Origin: Octopus vulgaris
Lineage: Eukaryota
DNA length: 64,000 bases
Reading direction: 5' to 3'
NCBI GenBank assembly: GCA_951406725.2
Contig: OX597817.1
Coordinates: forward strand, 6,882,001-6,946,000
The translations under genes and the position numbers were made by a program. Of this stretch, positions 26,670 through 39,384 are shown in pieces; positions within the stretch are counted from its first letter, which is position 1, and every line of letters begins with the position of its first letter. The notes under the pieces were generated by a model. The model saw only the letters and a list, made by a program, of their open reading frames with translations. It was not told the DNA's origin and made no database searches.

Positions 26670-26802
26670 CCCTCTGTTTATTTTCTCTTATTCCTTTCTG
26701 TTGAAGAGCGTAGGCTCTTTCCCGAACGTCAAAGTAATACACCTGCTTGTTGTTCATACCCCTGTCTTCGTCTTTTGTTTTTCTGTAAATTTCAACTATA
26801 CA
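26670..26802 (+). mobile_element. Short repeat with an HHR-like motif (GAAAC segment deleted)
   Basis: CTTT-CTGTTGA-AGAGCGTAGGCTC; collinear with 50190-50345 on the opposite strand. Confidence 0.65.
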
Positions 26803-26829
26803 TGCATATATACATACGAATATATATAC

Positions 26830-26969
26830 CTATTTCTTTATTACCCACAAGGGGCTAAACACAGAGGGGACAAACAAGGACAGACATAGGTATTAAGTCG
26901 ATTACATCGACCCTAGTGCGTAACTGGTACTTAATTTATCGACCCCGAAAGGATGAAAGGCAAAGTCGA
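26830..26969 (-). mobile_element. SINE family B, 3' part
   Basis: Near-identical to 4385-4525. Confidence 0.88.
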
Positions 26970-27079
26970 ATATATATACCGTTCACTTTTTCCATCTGTC
27001 CCTTCTACAGGGGGCATTTTCATTTCGCTTAGCGTTATCCATATCGTCTCGGCTTAGAGGTGCACGAGCTTTTCATCTT

Positions 27080-28325
27080 ACGTTGTGTGTAATTTTTGTG
27101 ATAGGTCAGGCTCCCGCCGCTAGAAACCACTTGATGCGACCCTTAAGCAACAGGCATTGTCGATTGATTTTTACTACCACGTAGAGTGTTTTGTTTTGCA
27201 GGTCTTCTCCCCTGTTCGATTTTTGCGATGGCTGAAACGAAGGAACAGCGAGCTCCCATGAAACTTTGTTTTCTCCTGGAGGAAACGTCTGCCGAAACAG
27301 TTCTCATGGCGTTACCATGAGCAAAACAAATTTACGAGTGGCTTTCAAACATTTGGAATGGACACTTGACGCTTGAAGACCAACGTCATTCAGGACGACC
27401 TTTCAAACGAATGAAAACATCACGAAAATTGATGAACTGATCTTGGAGGACCGTCACCGAAAAATGACGAACTTGTTGATATGACTAGTGTGTCCTGGAG
27501 CCTCCAGCCAACGAATTTTGAACGAGGATTTGCGAATGAAAAGAGTTGTAGCAAAATTTGTGCCTCGCTTGCTCACGAAAAATCAAAAGCAGCCATGACT
27601 GAATTCATTTCGTGAATTGAAAGAACAGTTTGAAGTTGATCCGGTCCTTTTTAAAGGAAGATCATTACTGGTGACGAAAGCTGGTGATACGGCTACGACC
27701 CGTAAACAGAGCAGCAATCAAATCAATGGACGCATTCAATTTCACGACGCTCCAAAAAAGCGCGTCAAGTGAAGTCCAGCGTCAAGATGATGTTGATTTG
27801 TTTCAGCGATGCGAAAGGAATTGTCTACACAGAAGTTGTTCCTCCTGGTCAAATTGCTTATCAGATATTTTGCTTGACAGTTCTGAAGCGTTTTCGAGAG
27901 GCGCTGAAGCGAAAGCCTCTCGACTTGTAGAGAAGTGGAGAGTGGTATTTTCATCACGACAATGCGTCTGCGCACACCGTCTTGAGTGTGAGACAGTGTT
28001 TGCGAAAAGCAGCTTGACTTCGCTTAAACACCGTCCCTATTCACCCGATCATGTTCCTTGCAAATTTTTTGTTATCCCCCGAATGAAAAGGTCCTTAAAG
28101 GAAAATGTTTTACAAATGTGAAAGAGATGAAGAAAAACAAACGGAGACATTAAAAGGCATCACTTTGCAAGAGTTCCAGGTCTGCTTTGAACAGGGGAAA
28201 ACGTGTCTCTACCGCTACATTGCTTCAAATGGAGAATGTTTTGAATGCGATAAAAGTGCATACATGTAAAACTAAGTGAATCAAATAATATTTCAAAATT
28301 CTTGTTTCTTGGGGTACCTCCCACG
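27080..28325 (+). mobile_element. Decayed mariner (DD34D-type) transposon
   Basis: RHSGRP, KFVPRLLT, IITGDESW, GYDP.T.QQS, FHHDNASAH, PYSPD; right end GGGGTACCTCCCACG. Same family as 57091. Confidence 0.88.
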
Positions 28326-28554
28326 CCATTTTTATTATTCCAGCTCCAAAATTACTTTGTTGCGGAGGTTCACCTTCGGTCTTTTAACTTCATTATGTGA
28401 ACACACATATACTTGTTAGAAAGGATGTATCTCTTATTCTTCTGCACTTCTTCCTTAATGTCTGTTGTTATTTCAAGTTCCTTGCTTGTTTGATTGTACC
28501 CTCATGTTTTGTATTACCTCACTGTATGTCTGCTGATATCACTTTGTTATATCC

Positions 28555-28795
28555 ATATAAGGTCCCACAGTTATTTAACGTCTTGCGAAAACATTCGAGG
28601 GTTCTCCGTGGACAGGGAGTAGATGTTTTCAAGAAACCAATATCAAAGTAGGAAACTCAAAAGAGGGCAGCAGTGTTGAACTCCCTCCTTCATCAAAAGC
28701 CAATCACATAAGATTGGCCATTTAAAATGTGATCACACTGGCGGTGTCTCAGCCTGATCACAGTCTTAGGGCTGAAACATAGCAGAATAAAAGAA
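28555..28795 (+). mobile_element. CR1-group LINE 3' end, decayed
   Basis: PQLFNVLRK...VDVFK plus the GGCGGTG...GCTGAAAC tail seen at 40540-40810. Confidence 0.7.
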
Positions 28796-29300
28796 TATTT
28801 TCAATGGTTTCAATATTTCTTTCAGATGCAGTCAACCCATATGTATTTACTCAGCGTGTGATATTGAACTGTTATCTTTGTACTTGATATATATTGTTCA
28901 AATGTGCCATAATGCAGCGGATATAACGCGTTCGTCTCCGACATAATATGATCAGAACTCCACTAGTAATTATGGTCTCCCATATATTGAGCACTAATGT
29001 AAAGTTTGTGGAAACCAAGCAGTTATATTTAACAGCTCTAACGATCGTGTAAATATTCATTTGTTAGCTCGTTTTTGTTATCGAATAACGAGATTTGACA
29101 AATTCTTTATGCCATAGGATTTCATCTTATCTATAAAAAAAAGCTTCATTTTCATTGTGTGATATTACTACAAAAGAATAAAACATCCAGTTAATTATAT
29201 ACTTTTATTTACATTTTTTTTTATAAAAGTCATGTCTATATGGTTGAACAATATGATTCATTTAAACAAAGGCAACGCTTTCCAAATATATGTTATTACC

Positions 29301-29333
<33 letters not shown>

Positions 29334-29879
29334 GTGTGTATGTGTGTACGGGTGTGTGTGTCAGTGTCTGCGTGCGTGTTTGTGTGTGATTCATGTAGCA
29401 AAGAATCTATCGGGGTATTAAGAAAGATAGGCACCATGAATTGAGCAGACAGAGGGACGCAATAACTTTTTGCAGTCATCGATATTTTAAAAATCTCATT
29501 TTTTCTCTATATATACTTGCCTACCCTGGGTTAGGATTTTTTGCAAGGACAATTTGATCACTTTCTTTTTAATTATTTTCAATATTGAAATTCTTTTGAT
29601 TTGGAGTTTTAATTAAGTAATGTACAATTCTTGAGTGTAATATTCATAGCACACGTCATATCTTCCTAACATTATTACCTGTAGCCCTTGTTCTTTCTTT
29701 TCTTTTTCTTCTCTTTATCATGCTCTTTAATGTTTACTTATTTTTAAAGCCTCTCCATTTGTTGCTTGTCATGCCTCCACATATATATCTTCCTTGTTAG
29801 CTCATCAGTAGAGAAAATAGAGAGGCATATTTTGTTAGTTCTTTTTTAAAGATATGCAACGTCTGTAAGTTAAGAGACT

Positions 29880-30420
29880 AGCCAGTCCACCTCATGGTCC
29901 CGCCGGACAAGATAGAGTTGCTTTCCCCCGGAAGATGGCGAAGGAGATGCGCTGAAACGGTTACTCCGACTGACAGGATAGTACTTGCACATTGTCATAC
30001 ATGCACCGATTAAGGATGCCTAGTCCAGGAGACAATATCGTCACAATTCGTCAGATGAGCACATCAGGTGTTGCAGAATGCACTGCAATATGTAACACCC
30101 CAAATGAGGGCCCTATCACCGCGAAACAGAAATTAGTTATGCCGTCTGGCATCTTAGCGTCCCCTCTGTCCAAACTTGCTGGCTCGGGTTGGAAAGGCAA
30201 GCCAGTGAAGTCTAGGCTATGCTTTATGATACCATTGAGAGCACCATGGCATGGGAGGTGGCCAGCGCTATAATAGCATGTCAATGGGTGGAGGCTGATA
30301 GTGTCCCCAGAGGAAAAACAGAGGTATTTGTGAGGATCAGAGATCTGGAAATCAATTCTCAAGGAAACACTGATGTGCAGTCAGTCACTTTCCATGTGAA
30401 TGTAAACCCTGTTCTATGAG
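29880..30420 (-). mobile_element. CRE-like non-LTR retrotransposon C-terminal fragment (Zn knuckle and RLE)
   Basis: ORF 30051-30362: DPHK.LC...LHPLTCYYSAGHLPCHGALNGIIKHSLD..GLP.QPEPASLDRGDAKMPDGIT; downstream FQRISFAIFRG. Confidence 0.8.
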
Positions 30421-30989
30421 ACACGTTCTGCCAGAATCGGAAGCTTCAAAATGTTTAGTTAAAAAAAAATACGCACATGCTATATGCTCCCTCAAACTCG
30501 CGTGGATCACATGCATGTACACCCACATATATATGTAACCATACACATGTGCATATACATGCACATATATATTTGTACACCCCAACACACGCATACACAC
30601 ACGCACGATGTACACATATGTATATCCGCATACACGCGCGCATATACACACACACGTTCACATACCCATACGCGTACAGTTATATTCAAATATACGTCTA
30701 AAGTACGTACAATGTATATGTGCATGTCCTCACTCACACTCACGTGGAATATTCGGATATACACCCTCGTATATATGCAACCATACACATGTACATATAC
30801 ACGTACATATATACTTATCCACACACACGCACACACACACACGCATACACACACACGCATACACACACACGCTCGTACAAAATCTACATATACACGTCTA
30901 TATACGCATATGCAAAAGAAAAATACAAGGTGAAAGGTAAAATACAGAAAAAAATGTTTAAATTGCGATCTTGTGGGCACCAAAAACGA

Positions 30990-31760
30990 AAAAAATGTTT
31001 TAGCCACATGTGAACATGGACCAACAAGTTCACTTCTTGAATGTAGACATGTAGCGGGGTCTAAGCTGCTTTTCCAGATAAGCCACTTTCCATATCACAA
31101 AGACCTCACTTTTCACTGCTGTTGATGTAAGGCTTCCACATTGCTAAGATCTTGCAGTGCATGTTGTAACTGACACCTTTATCCTTTAAGGACCATATAT
31201 GACTGGATAATTTGGTCGTTTTCCTTTTATCCCAGCTCAAGGCCTTGAATTTCTCCTCTATAAGGCCCAAATATTTCTTTGTCCAAACAGTGTCCTTGGT
31301 GGTTGTAGAGTCTACGCAGGCTTTATAAATGATGGTCTCGGAATGCAAGTTCCATTTAGAGGGCACACATATTATCCCTGCATGAACAGCTGGTTTCATT
31401 TTGTGGTTTTTGTGTTATGTGCGATTATATTTTTAAAACTAGTAATTGAGCTGAAATTGATTTTTAAGTTATGTCTGTTGAAGAGCTTTCTGTAACTATG
31501 ATTGACTGGAAAATGTCTATCAGCGCTAAGAAATACTTACCTATATTAAAGGTCACTTCGGGGGAGTAAGGGGGTGCGAACCAGATAGTTTTCCTATAGG
31601 TGCAGGAGTGGCTGTGTGGTATGTAGCTTGCTAACCAACCACATGGTTCCGGGTTCAGTCCCACTGCGTGACATCTTGGGCAAATGTCTTCTACTATAGC
31701 CTCGGGCCGGCCAATGCCTTCTGAGTGGATTTGGTAGACGGAAACTGAAAGAAGTCTGTC

Positions 31761-31808
<48 letters not shown>

Positions 31809-32225
31809 GTTTGTGTGTCTGTGTTTGTCCCCCTAGCATTGCTTGACAACCGATGCTGGTGTCTTTACGTCCCCGTCACTTAGCGGTTCGGCAAAAGAGA
31901 CCGATAGAATAAGTACTGGGCTTACAAAAGAATAAGTCCCGGGGTCGAATTGCTCGACTAAAGGCGGTGCTCCAGCATGGCCGCAGTCAAATGACTGAAA
32001 CAAGTAAAAGAGTAAAAGAGTAAAAGAGTATTCTTACGTTTCCTTTTCGTTATTATTGAACTGGTGACAGGTGTATAGGTTATTTCCTCGCTAAATCCAC
32101 TATCTTTTAGAGCTTTATTATATACTGGGACAACGCTTTTAAAAATGCCTTTATCGGAGGGGAGGCTAGAAGTTCTTTTGCTAATGATTTTAACTGTCAT
32201 TTTCATAGCATATTTTGATTGACTC
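30990..32225 (-). mobile_element. Penelope-like element with C-terminal GIY-YIG, 5'-truncated, interrupted by a SINE
   Basis: ISKRTSSL.SDK.IF....VYNKALKDSGF; RKTIWFAPPYS...NIGKYFL.LID; IIYKA.V...KYLGL.E.KFK; LSSHIWSLKDKG; SRSELVGPCSH. Confidence 0.92.
31599..32030 (+). mobile_element. SINE family A inserted in the PLE ORF
   Basis: Full-length copy with (GTAAAAGA)3 tail; the PLE frame resumes on both sides. Confidence 0.95.
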
Positions 32226-33539
32226 GATAACTGAAGAGATGCCGGAGCAGGTTTCCGCCCCAACATCCGAACTCGGAGTTTCATTATGGCAACCGAATAA
32301 CTGTCATATGATATATTATGATATATATCAACCTCGAAATACTGATATTCAAAGTTAACCATGGGTGGATTGAACTCAAGATTTAATACATCTGAACAAA
32401 TGCACCGATTTGTTCAATATACACAGTTCACCGTAGAGAAAGAAGAATAATTACTAAATAATAAATAATTATTATTTACAAATGAAGATTTAATAATTAA
32501 TAATACATAAATAAATACTAATTAATTACAAATTATAATTACCATTAATTAATTATATTAATTATTCATTATTAGTAATTAACTGAAATTCTTCTTTTAA
32601 TAAGAGAAAGACAAAACTAAAGACAATATTTGTAAACATGATTTACATGCAACGTTCGGTATATTCGTCCTTTACTGGTTTATCCAATTTCATGAAATGG
32701 GCCAATTTCAAATCTAAACCGCATGGTTCAAGTTGTTTTAATAATATTGTTAATGTTTCAGGACATTTTTCCGGGAGTTTTGCTTGAAGTAGACAGTGCC
32801 TTTGATTTCCTTCTATCGATTATTCAAGCACTGAAGGATGAAAATTCACTATAACCTTCATTTCAAACGTTATCCTTATTTGTATGCACGTAAGCAATAT
32901 GTTGCTTTATTGCTTATGAGTAATTTTCTAAGTTATAACAATAGTAACCTACAAGCGCATATTTTGTGTTCAATAGCGGTTTGCCGCTAGATAGATCCAA
33001 ATATATTACAGAGCTCTACGAGAACTGTATGGCTTTTGCCATGTAAAACGAGGATTGCATACAGCTACATAATATGTGTGTGTGTGTGTGTGTTTTGCAT
33101 GTGCGTGTATGTGTATGAGTTGTATTTGTGTGTATGTATGTGCAAATCATACTCAGTATGTTTAATAAAGACTATGTTTAACTCTGTATGAAATCGTAAC
33201 CTATAATAAAATCAAGGAATCTTCAGCAACCGAGACTGCAAACTCTAGTGAAATGTCTCGCTTTAGAAAGATGCCCAAGCGTCGCTTAACTGAAACCAGC
33301 TATTTGCATGCCGTGCAATAGTTTGCCAGTCGAGACTGACTTCTTCGAAAGAAGAAAAAATGCAGGGCGTTGGAATTATATATGCACATATGTGTGTTTG
33401 TATGTGTGCGCATGTGTGTATGTATAAATGTATGTGTATATATACATATGAACACATATATGCATACACAAACATACATATACTTATATACTTCACACCC
33501 ATTTACTACCCCGAAGTGACATTAGCGTAATAAGAATTA

Positions 33540-33672
33540 TTAGCCGTAACCTTGAACAAGACTGAAAGCCACCACCACGGCATCCGCTCTGATGATGTAT
33601 CACTGCACACACTGATCCATCATCCGAGCGGATGCCGTGGTGGCTTTCAGTTTTGTTCAAGTTTACGGCTAA
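33540..33672. repeat. ~57-bp-arm palindrome
   Basis: TAGCCGTAACCTTGAACAAGACTGAAAGCCACCAC..GGCATCCGCTC.GATGATG followed by its reverse complement after a ~20-nt loop. Confidence 0.93.
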
Positions 33673-33881
33673 CCGCATCGATAAGTATTTAGCGTCTATG
33701 GCTACTAGAAGTTATCATATATGTTGTAAGTTCTTCTGATGGGCAATACGGTGTTCGCTTCACTGTCTGGAGTATATCTGGTTAATAATTATAACAGTAG
33801 AGAACATGGAGACTGGTACATCCTCGAAATTTATATCGTCTTACTTTATACTTTTACACAACATATTGTTATGGTCTTTAT

Positions 33882-33964
33882 GATCTCCACGTGTTTCCAT
33901 TGCACAGATTGCGTACAGTTGCAGATGCAATCTGGCAGATTTTTGATGTAGCTTCTTCAGGATT
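33882..33964 (-). ncRNA. Degenerate hammerhead motif with long stem II
   Basis: AATC-CTGAAGA...TGC-CAGATTGC(loop)GCAATCTG-TGCA-ATG-GAAAC-ACGT-GGA-GATC; U16.1 appears mutated to G. Confidence 0.5.
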
Positions 33965-34299
33965 TTATCCATTTGGCTAGTTTCGAAGCAAACCGAGTGG
34001 AGTTAGTTGTGTATTAGTTAGGGTTTTGGGGGAGGGTGTTCGTTTTGAAACTGTAATCCAATCCGTTTGCAGGCTTGCGCACTTGACCTCAGATTCACAC
34101 GAGTTGTCCGAAGTCAGGGTTCGGTCTAATTTGGTCAAGGCTGATTTAAACGCGCGCGCGCGCACACACACACTCACACACAATCGTACATACATACTGA
34201 TAGGTAGATAGAGAAACAGTTAGATAGACAGATATATTGGTAGATAGATAGATAGATAGATAGATAGGTTTTCGATCAAAAGGGATCGTAAAAGGGAAA

Positions 34300-34924
34300 A
34301 CAAAGGAAAAAGAAAGGAAAAGAAACAAAAGAAAAGGGAAAAAAGAAGAAAAAAAGGGAAGAGGAAAACAACGATCAATAGGGATCGTGTATCACAGTGT
34401 CATGATGTACGGTGTAAAGGGGGAAAATGATAAGGTTTATCCGTGGGAAGAAAAGCCTACGAAAAAGAACACAGTAACCTCGGTCAATATTGTTATATGT
34501 TACCACATTTGTTTGCAAGTGGGTAACCCTCTGTTTTCAATTTCTGGGTTCATAGGATTATGCTCAAGGTGGCTTCGTCATTCATACGTGCCATCCTTGC
34601 TACATTCGCCCATCTTTTTCTAAAACATTCGCTAGACAAAACTTGCCTCTCTACTCTCACTTTCCTTTTCAAGTGGTACTTGAAGAAGTTGATGAGAGAT
34701 TGACCAGAGCGGAAAGTGCTTCTCTCCAATCCTTTCGGACGCATCCACCAGATGCATTCTTTCGCCATAGCCACAAGGATGATGAAAATAGCTCTTCCTT
34801 CCCGTTTGAAGGAAGGAGGCGTGACAATATTGACGATAGACTCAGCTGATAAGCCGACTCGTCCCACACGTGGCAGCAGTTATTCGACACAAGCCCACAG
34901 GTCGGAAATTGTTGGACACTGCAC

Positions 34925-34925
<1 letters not shown>
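34300..34925 (-). mobile_element. Tx1/L1-like LINE 3' end (ORF2 C-terminus and T-rich 3' UTR)
   Basis: ORF 34550-34867: AMAKECIWWMR.KGL...LINFFKYHLKRKVRVERQVLS...F.KRW. Confidence 0.75.
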
Positions 34926-34959
<34 letters not shown>

Positions 34960-36172
34960 AGGAAAATACATGCTCCATCAGAGTTTCCGTCTTTCCAATT
35001 TCACTGACAAGCACTGAATTATGAGAAATGTTCCAATATTACTTCGTCTAGACTTTTAAGGAATTCCCTGGATTTTCTGTTCACTAATTTTCTCCTAACT
35101 ATATATTTTATTTTACTTTCATACGTTGCAATTGCTATTTGTTGTGAGTTAGTAGCTTCCCTAAGAGAGCAGATGCTTTTATAATCATGGTAATATGTCG
35201 AATCATAAATTTTAAAGCTTTTTCAGTTACAATCAGTTTCATAAAACACAATGTTCATTTGTAGCTACTTTATGAGTGCGTTTTAAAGAGTTTTATTTTA
35301 ATGTTTTGCACTGTCATTTCTATTGGCAAATAATTTTGACACGGCTTGAGTTCTGTTTTATTAGGTTTTCAAAAATTTTTTCTCTTTTTATAATCATATA
35401 GCGATGATAGGTATAAACTTCATATAGCGATGATAAGTATAAAACAATTTATGTGCGGGTTGTGTATTTTGATTACATTTAATATTTTATGTGAATTCTG
35501 TTTTATGACTGCGATTATACTCTTGTTATATGAGTTTATGAGTTATATTGATAGTACAGAGCAAACGGATCTCCATTAAATATTTCATAAATTGAAACAT
35601 TCAGACCATAATCCAACAGAAATAATATACTTAAATAAATACTGGTACCAGAAAACTACATATGTAAAGCAAACAACAAACGTTGTCGCAAACAGACATT
35701 ATTGAAAATTGTAATTTACTACTCCAATCATAAGCGTGGAACTGGCGAAGTTGAGAACTTCAATAACTATGTTGGTCTTACATTTGCAGTCTCTTGCACA
35801 AGTGAATCGTATCTCAGGTCACACAGACAATTATGTTGATAAGCTTTTGCCACACACTTCACAACGCAACACAAAACGAAACTAGACAGTATAAAATTAG
35901 AGGACAACAAATCAATTGGAGTTATAGATACAAGTATTACTCATAACACAACACAATGCTAAAATCAAGACAAAGACAACATACATCTGAAACAAAATAA
36001 TTATATCACTCATGACGTAAATATCTAACTGTGTCCATTTTAAAATTCCAATGATAAATTCATACAAATCCATATAGATGAGTTAAATAATACAAACTTA
36101 GCTAGACACGCCTGCAATAATTCATATACTGGAGGTAAGTTTGTGAAGTTCTAAACAAAATACACACTCAGA

Positions 36173-36204
<32 letters not shown>

Positions 36205-36290
36205 TATACTCACCCACGCACACGCACACACACACATATACTTACATATATGTATACGCAATTACCTGTGTAAGAGTTCTTACATATAAA

Positions 36291-36462
36291 GGCGTAGGAG
36301 TAGCTGTGTGGGAAGTAGCTTGCTCACCAACCACATGGTTCCGAGTTCAGTCCTACCGCGTGGCACCTTGGACAAATGTCTTCTACTATAGCCTCGATCC
36401 GACCAAAGCCTTGTGAATGGACTTCGTAGACGGAAACTGAAAGCCCTTCGCATATATATATG

Positions 36463-36548
<86 letters not shown>

Positions 36549-36781
36549 TGTGTGTGTGTGTATGTTTGTGTGTCTGTGTTTGTCCCCACAACATCGCTTG
36601 AAAACAAATGCTGGCGTGTTTACGTCCCCGTAAATTAGCGGTTCGGCAAAAGAGAACGATCAAATAAGTACTAGGCTTACAAAAAATAAGCCCTGGGGTC
36701 GATCTGTTCGACTAAAGGCGGTGCGGTGCTCCACCGTGGCCACAGTCAAACGCCTGAAGCAAGTAAAAGAGTAAAAGAGTA
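36291..36781 (+). mobile_element. SINE family A, full length
   Basis: Head, expanded (TA)n and tail. Confidence 0.93.
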
Positions 36782-37069
36782 TATGTGCGTATACCAATCT
36801 TGTATTATGTTGCATGAATATCAAAGGAGTTGTCATTCAATATACGGTTCACTGAAACATAACTTTTATTGTGCAATTTGAGTTGCATACAAGTGTTGTG
36901 GCGTGAAAGTTGCCATGGCGCCAAAGACATGTAGTATAAACATTAAGTTTCATAAATTATGCATGTGCGCGAGCGTGCACGCATGTGTTATGTGTGCTCG
37001 CATATATATATTTGTATATATGTATTAGTGTGTGTTTGTGTGTATGTGTGTGTATGTATGCATGTATAT

Positions 37070-37205
37070 ACGTATGTATGTATGTATGTATGTATGTATG
37101 TATGTATGTATGTATGTATGTATGTATGTATGTATGTATGTATGTATGTATGTATGTATGTATGTATGTATGTATGTATGTATGTATGTATGTATGTATG
37201 TACGT
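37070..37205. repeat. (TATG)n microsatellite
   Basis: Direct inspection. Confidence 0.98.
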
Positions 37206-37211
37206 ATGTTA

Positions 37212-37792
37212 TGTCAGGTTACTTTCGAGTGCTACTGGTAACATGTAACCCAGTACAACTTGTTGCATGGTCGGGTCGTCGGTGACTAAACCAGTAACCC
37301 CACCAAGCTTGCTTGGTGAGGAGGGTGTTTATTGGACAACCTGCGGGATGAAAAACAAAACTCGTCAAAGGGCGGAGGAACTCTTGAGAGTCAACGGCCA
37401 TCCAATAAATGTCTTAAGGCTGTCTCATGCGCGGGGACATAGAAATAATCGGACAGAATACCCGATCCTGCGGCTAAACCATTGGGAGCCTTTGTTAGGG
37501 CATCCTTCTAGAAGGTAACTCAGGTAACTGGGATCACTCCGACATAAATCTGCGGCTCAGTGGTTACCGATGGTGTTGACTTTTTCTTCTTTACGGATTA
37601 TGGCTACTGTTGCTTAGTGAGTGGGATTGACTCAGTCCACAGCCTTTTCTCACTTAAAAAAATCTTCTTGCACAGGCATTGGACGATAACAACGTTGATT
37701 AAGCTTCGTGTAATGCCCATACTCGATAACGAGGGGCAGCCACCATGTATGTATGTATGTATGTATGTATGTATGTATGTATGTATGTATGT
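37212..37792 (+). mobile_element. Non-coding GC-rich element ending in (TATG)n, probably an RTE-derived non-autonomous retroposon
   Basis: No credible ORF; flanked by (TATG)n on both sides; CGTCAAAGGGCGGAGGA...GAGAGTCAACGGCCATCC recalls RTE 5' UTRs (from memory). Confidence 0.5.
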
Positions 37793-38234
37793 ACACACCC
37801 ATGTGTACATACATGTGCGATAAATCGTCTACAGTAGGACACGACTTATTTCAGCTGGACATCACCAGAAATTTGTACCTTACGACTGTACCACTTAGTT
37901 CTAAGACTACCAGTGATTACCCGGGTTAACTTGGCCTATACTGTTGTACACTCATTCCATGAAACAGCATAAAACTGAATGCGATTATATCCACTTCAAT
38001 CATGCACGAACTCTTTTGATTTACTGTTCTCTGAGAATTTTCTTCGGATTTCAACTCGGGTACTTTTCTCACAAATATCAGTCATAAACTTCATGTCCTA
38101 CCTCATCACACTGCATCATACTGTTCTCGTCATACAGCACAAAATTCTGTGTGACATTTATATTTGAGGATAATGTATTTGTTCACACGCTCACGCACAC
38201 ACAGACACACAGACGTCCAGACATATACACATAT

Positions 38235-38464
38235 ACTGTTCTATATTTTAGAGATGAGGAACTCTGTACATTATTTACCTCATTTACATTGGATGGATGT
38301 GTCCTCATCTTGTTTGATGTTACCACAACGGCCTTCATCAGGTGTACCAAACCCCGGCTTCGCTTTCCTACTAACCACTCCAATTAGGAAGAGGAGAGAG
38401 AATGAAACCAATAAACTAATCACGGAAGGGGGCACATATACGTCTAATGTAAATAATGTAAATA
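38235..38464 (-). mobile_element. Relative of the 18054 HHR element, hammerhead internally deleted
   Basis: ACAC-CTGATGA-AGGC|CGTTGTGGTAAC..CAAGATGAGGACA..AATGTAAAT..TTCCTCATCTCT.AAATATAGAAC. Confidence 0.7.
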
Positions 38465-38465
38465 T

Positions 38466-38865
38466 GTGTGGTAAGTAGCTTGCTAACCAACCACATGGTT
38501 CCGGGTTCAGTCCCACTGCGTGGCATCTTGGGCTAGTGTCTTCTGCTATAGCCCCGGGCCTACCAATGCCTTGTGAGTGGATTTGGTAGACGGAAACTGA
38601 AAGAAGCCTGTCGTATATATGTATATATGTATATATATATATGTCTGTGTGTGTTTGTGTGTTTGTGCTTGTCCCCGTACCATTGCTTGACAACCGATGC
38701 CGGTGTGTTTACGTCCCCGTCACTTAGCGGTTCGGAAAAAGAGACCGATAGAATAAGCACTGGGCTTACAAAGAATAAGTCCCGGGGTCGATTTTCTCGA
38801 CTAAAGGCGGTGCTCCAGCATGGCCGCAGTCAAATCACTGAAACAAGTAAAAGAGTAAAAGAGTA
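38466..38865 (+). mobile_element. SINE family A, slightly 5'-truncated
   Basis: Collinear with the other copies. Confidence 0.93.
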
Positions 38866-38895
38866 TATATTCAAAAACACGCAAACACGCTTATG

Positions 38896-38972
<77 letters not shown>

Positions 38973-39021
38973 TAGTACGCACATAGTCATGTGCACACAC
39001 ACATATGCGTGTGTGTGTGTG

Positions 39022-39335
39022 AAGGCGCATGGCTTAGTGGTTAGGGCATTCGGTTCACGATCGTAAGGTCGTGAGTTCAATTCCAGGCGACGCCTTGTGT
39101 TCTTGAGCAAGACACTTTATTTCACGTTGTTCCAGTTCACTGGAAAAGTGATTAATACTTGTATTTCAAAGGACCGGCCTTGTCACACTGTGTGTTACGC
39201 TGAATCTCCATGAGAACTATGTTAAGGCTACACGTGTCTGGGGAGTCCTCGGCCACATGCACGGTAATTTCACGAGCAAGCTCTTCTGTTGATCGCATCA
39301 GCTGGGACCCTCGTCGACGTAACTGACGGACTGCT
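39022..39335 (+). mobile_element. tRNA-derived SINE family C
   Basis: A box TGGCTTAGTGG and B box GAGTTCAATTCC; 3' half shared with 62097. Confidence 0.88.
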
Positions 39336-39384
39336 CCTTCTCTCTCGCTCTCTCTCTCCTTCTCTCTGTATATATATATATACA

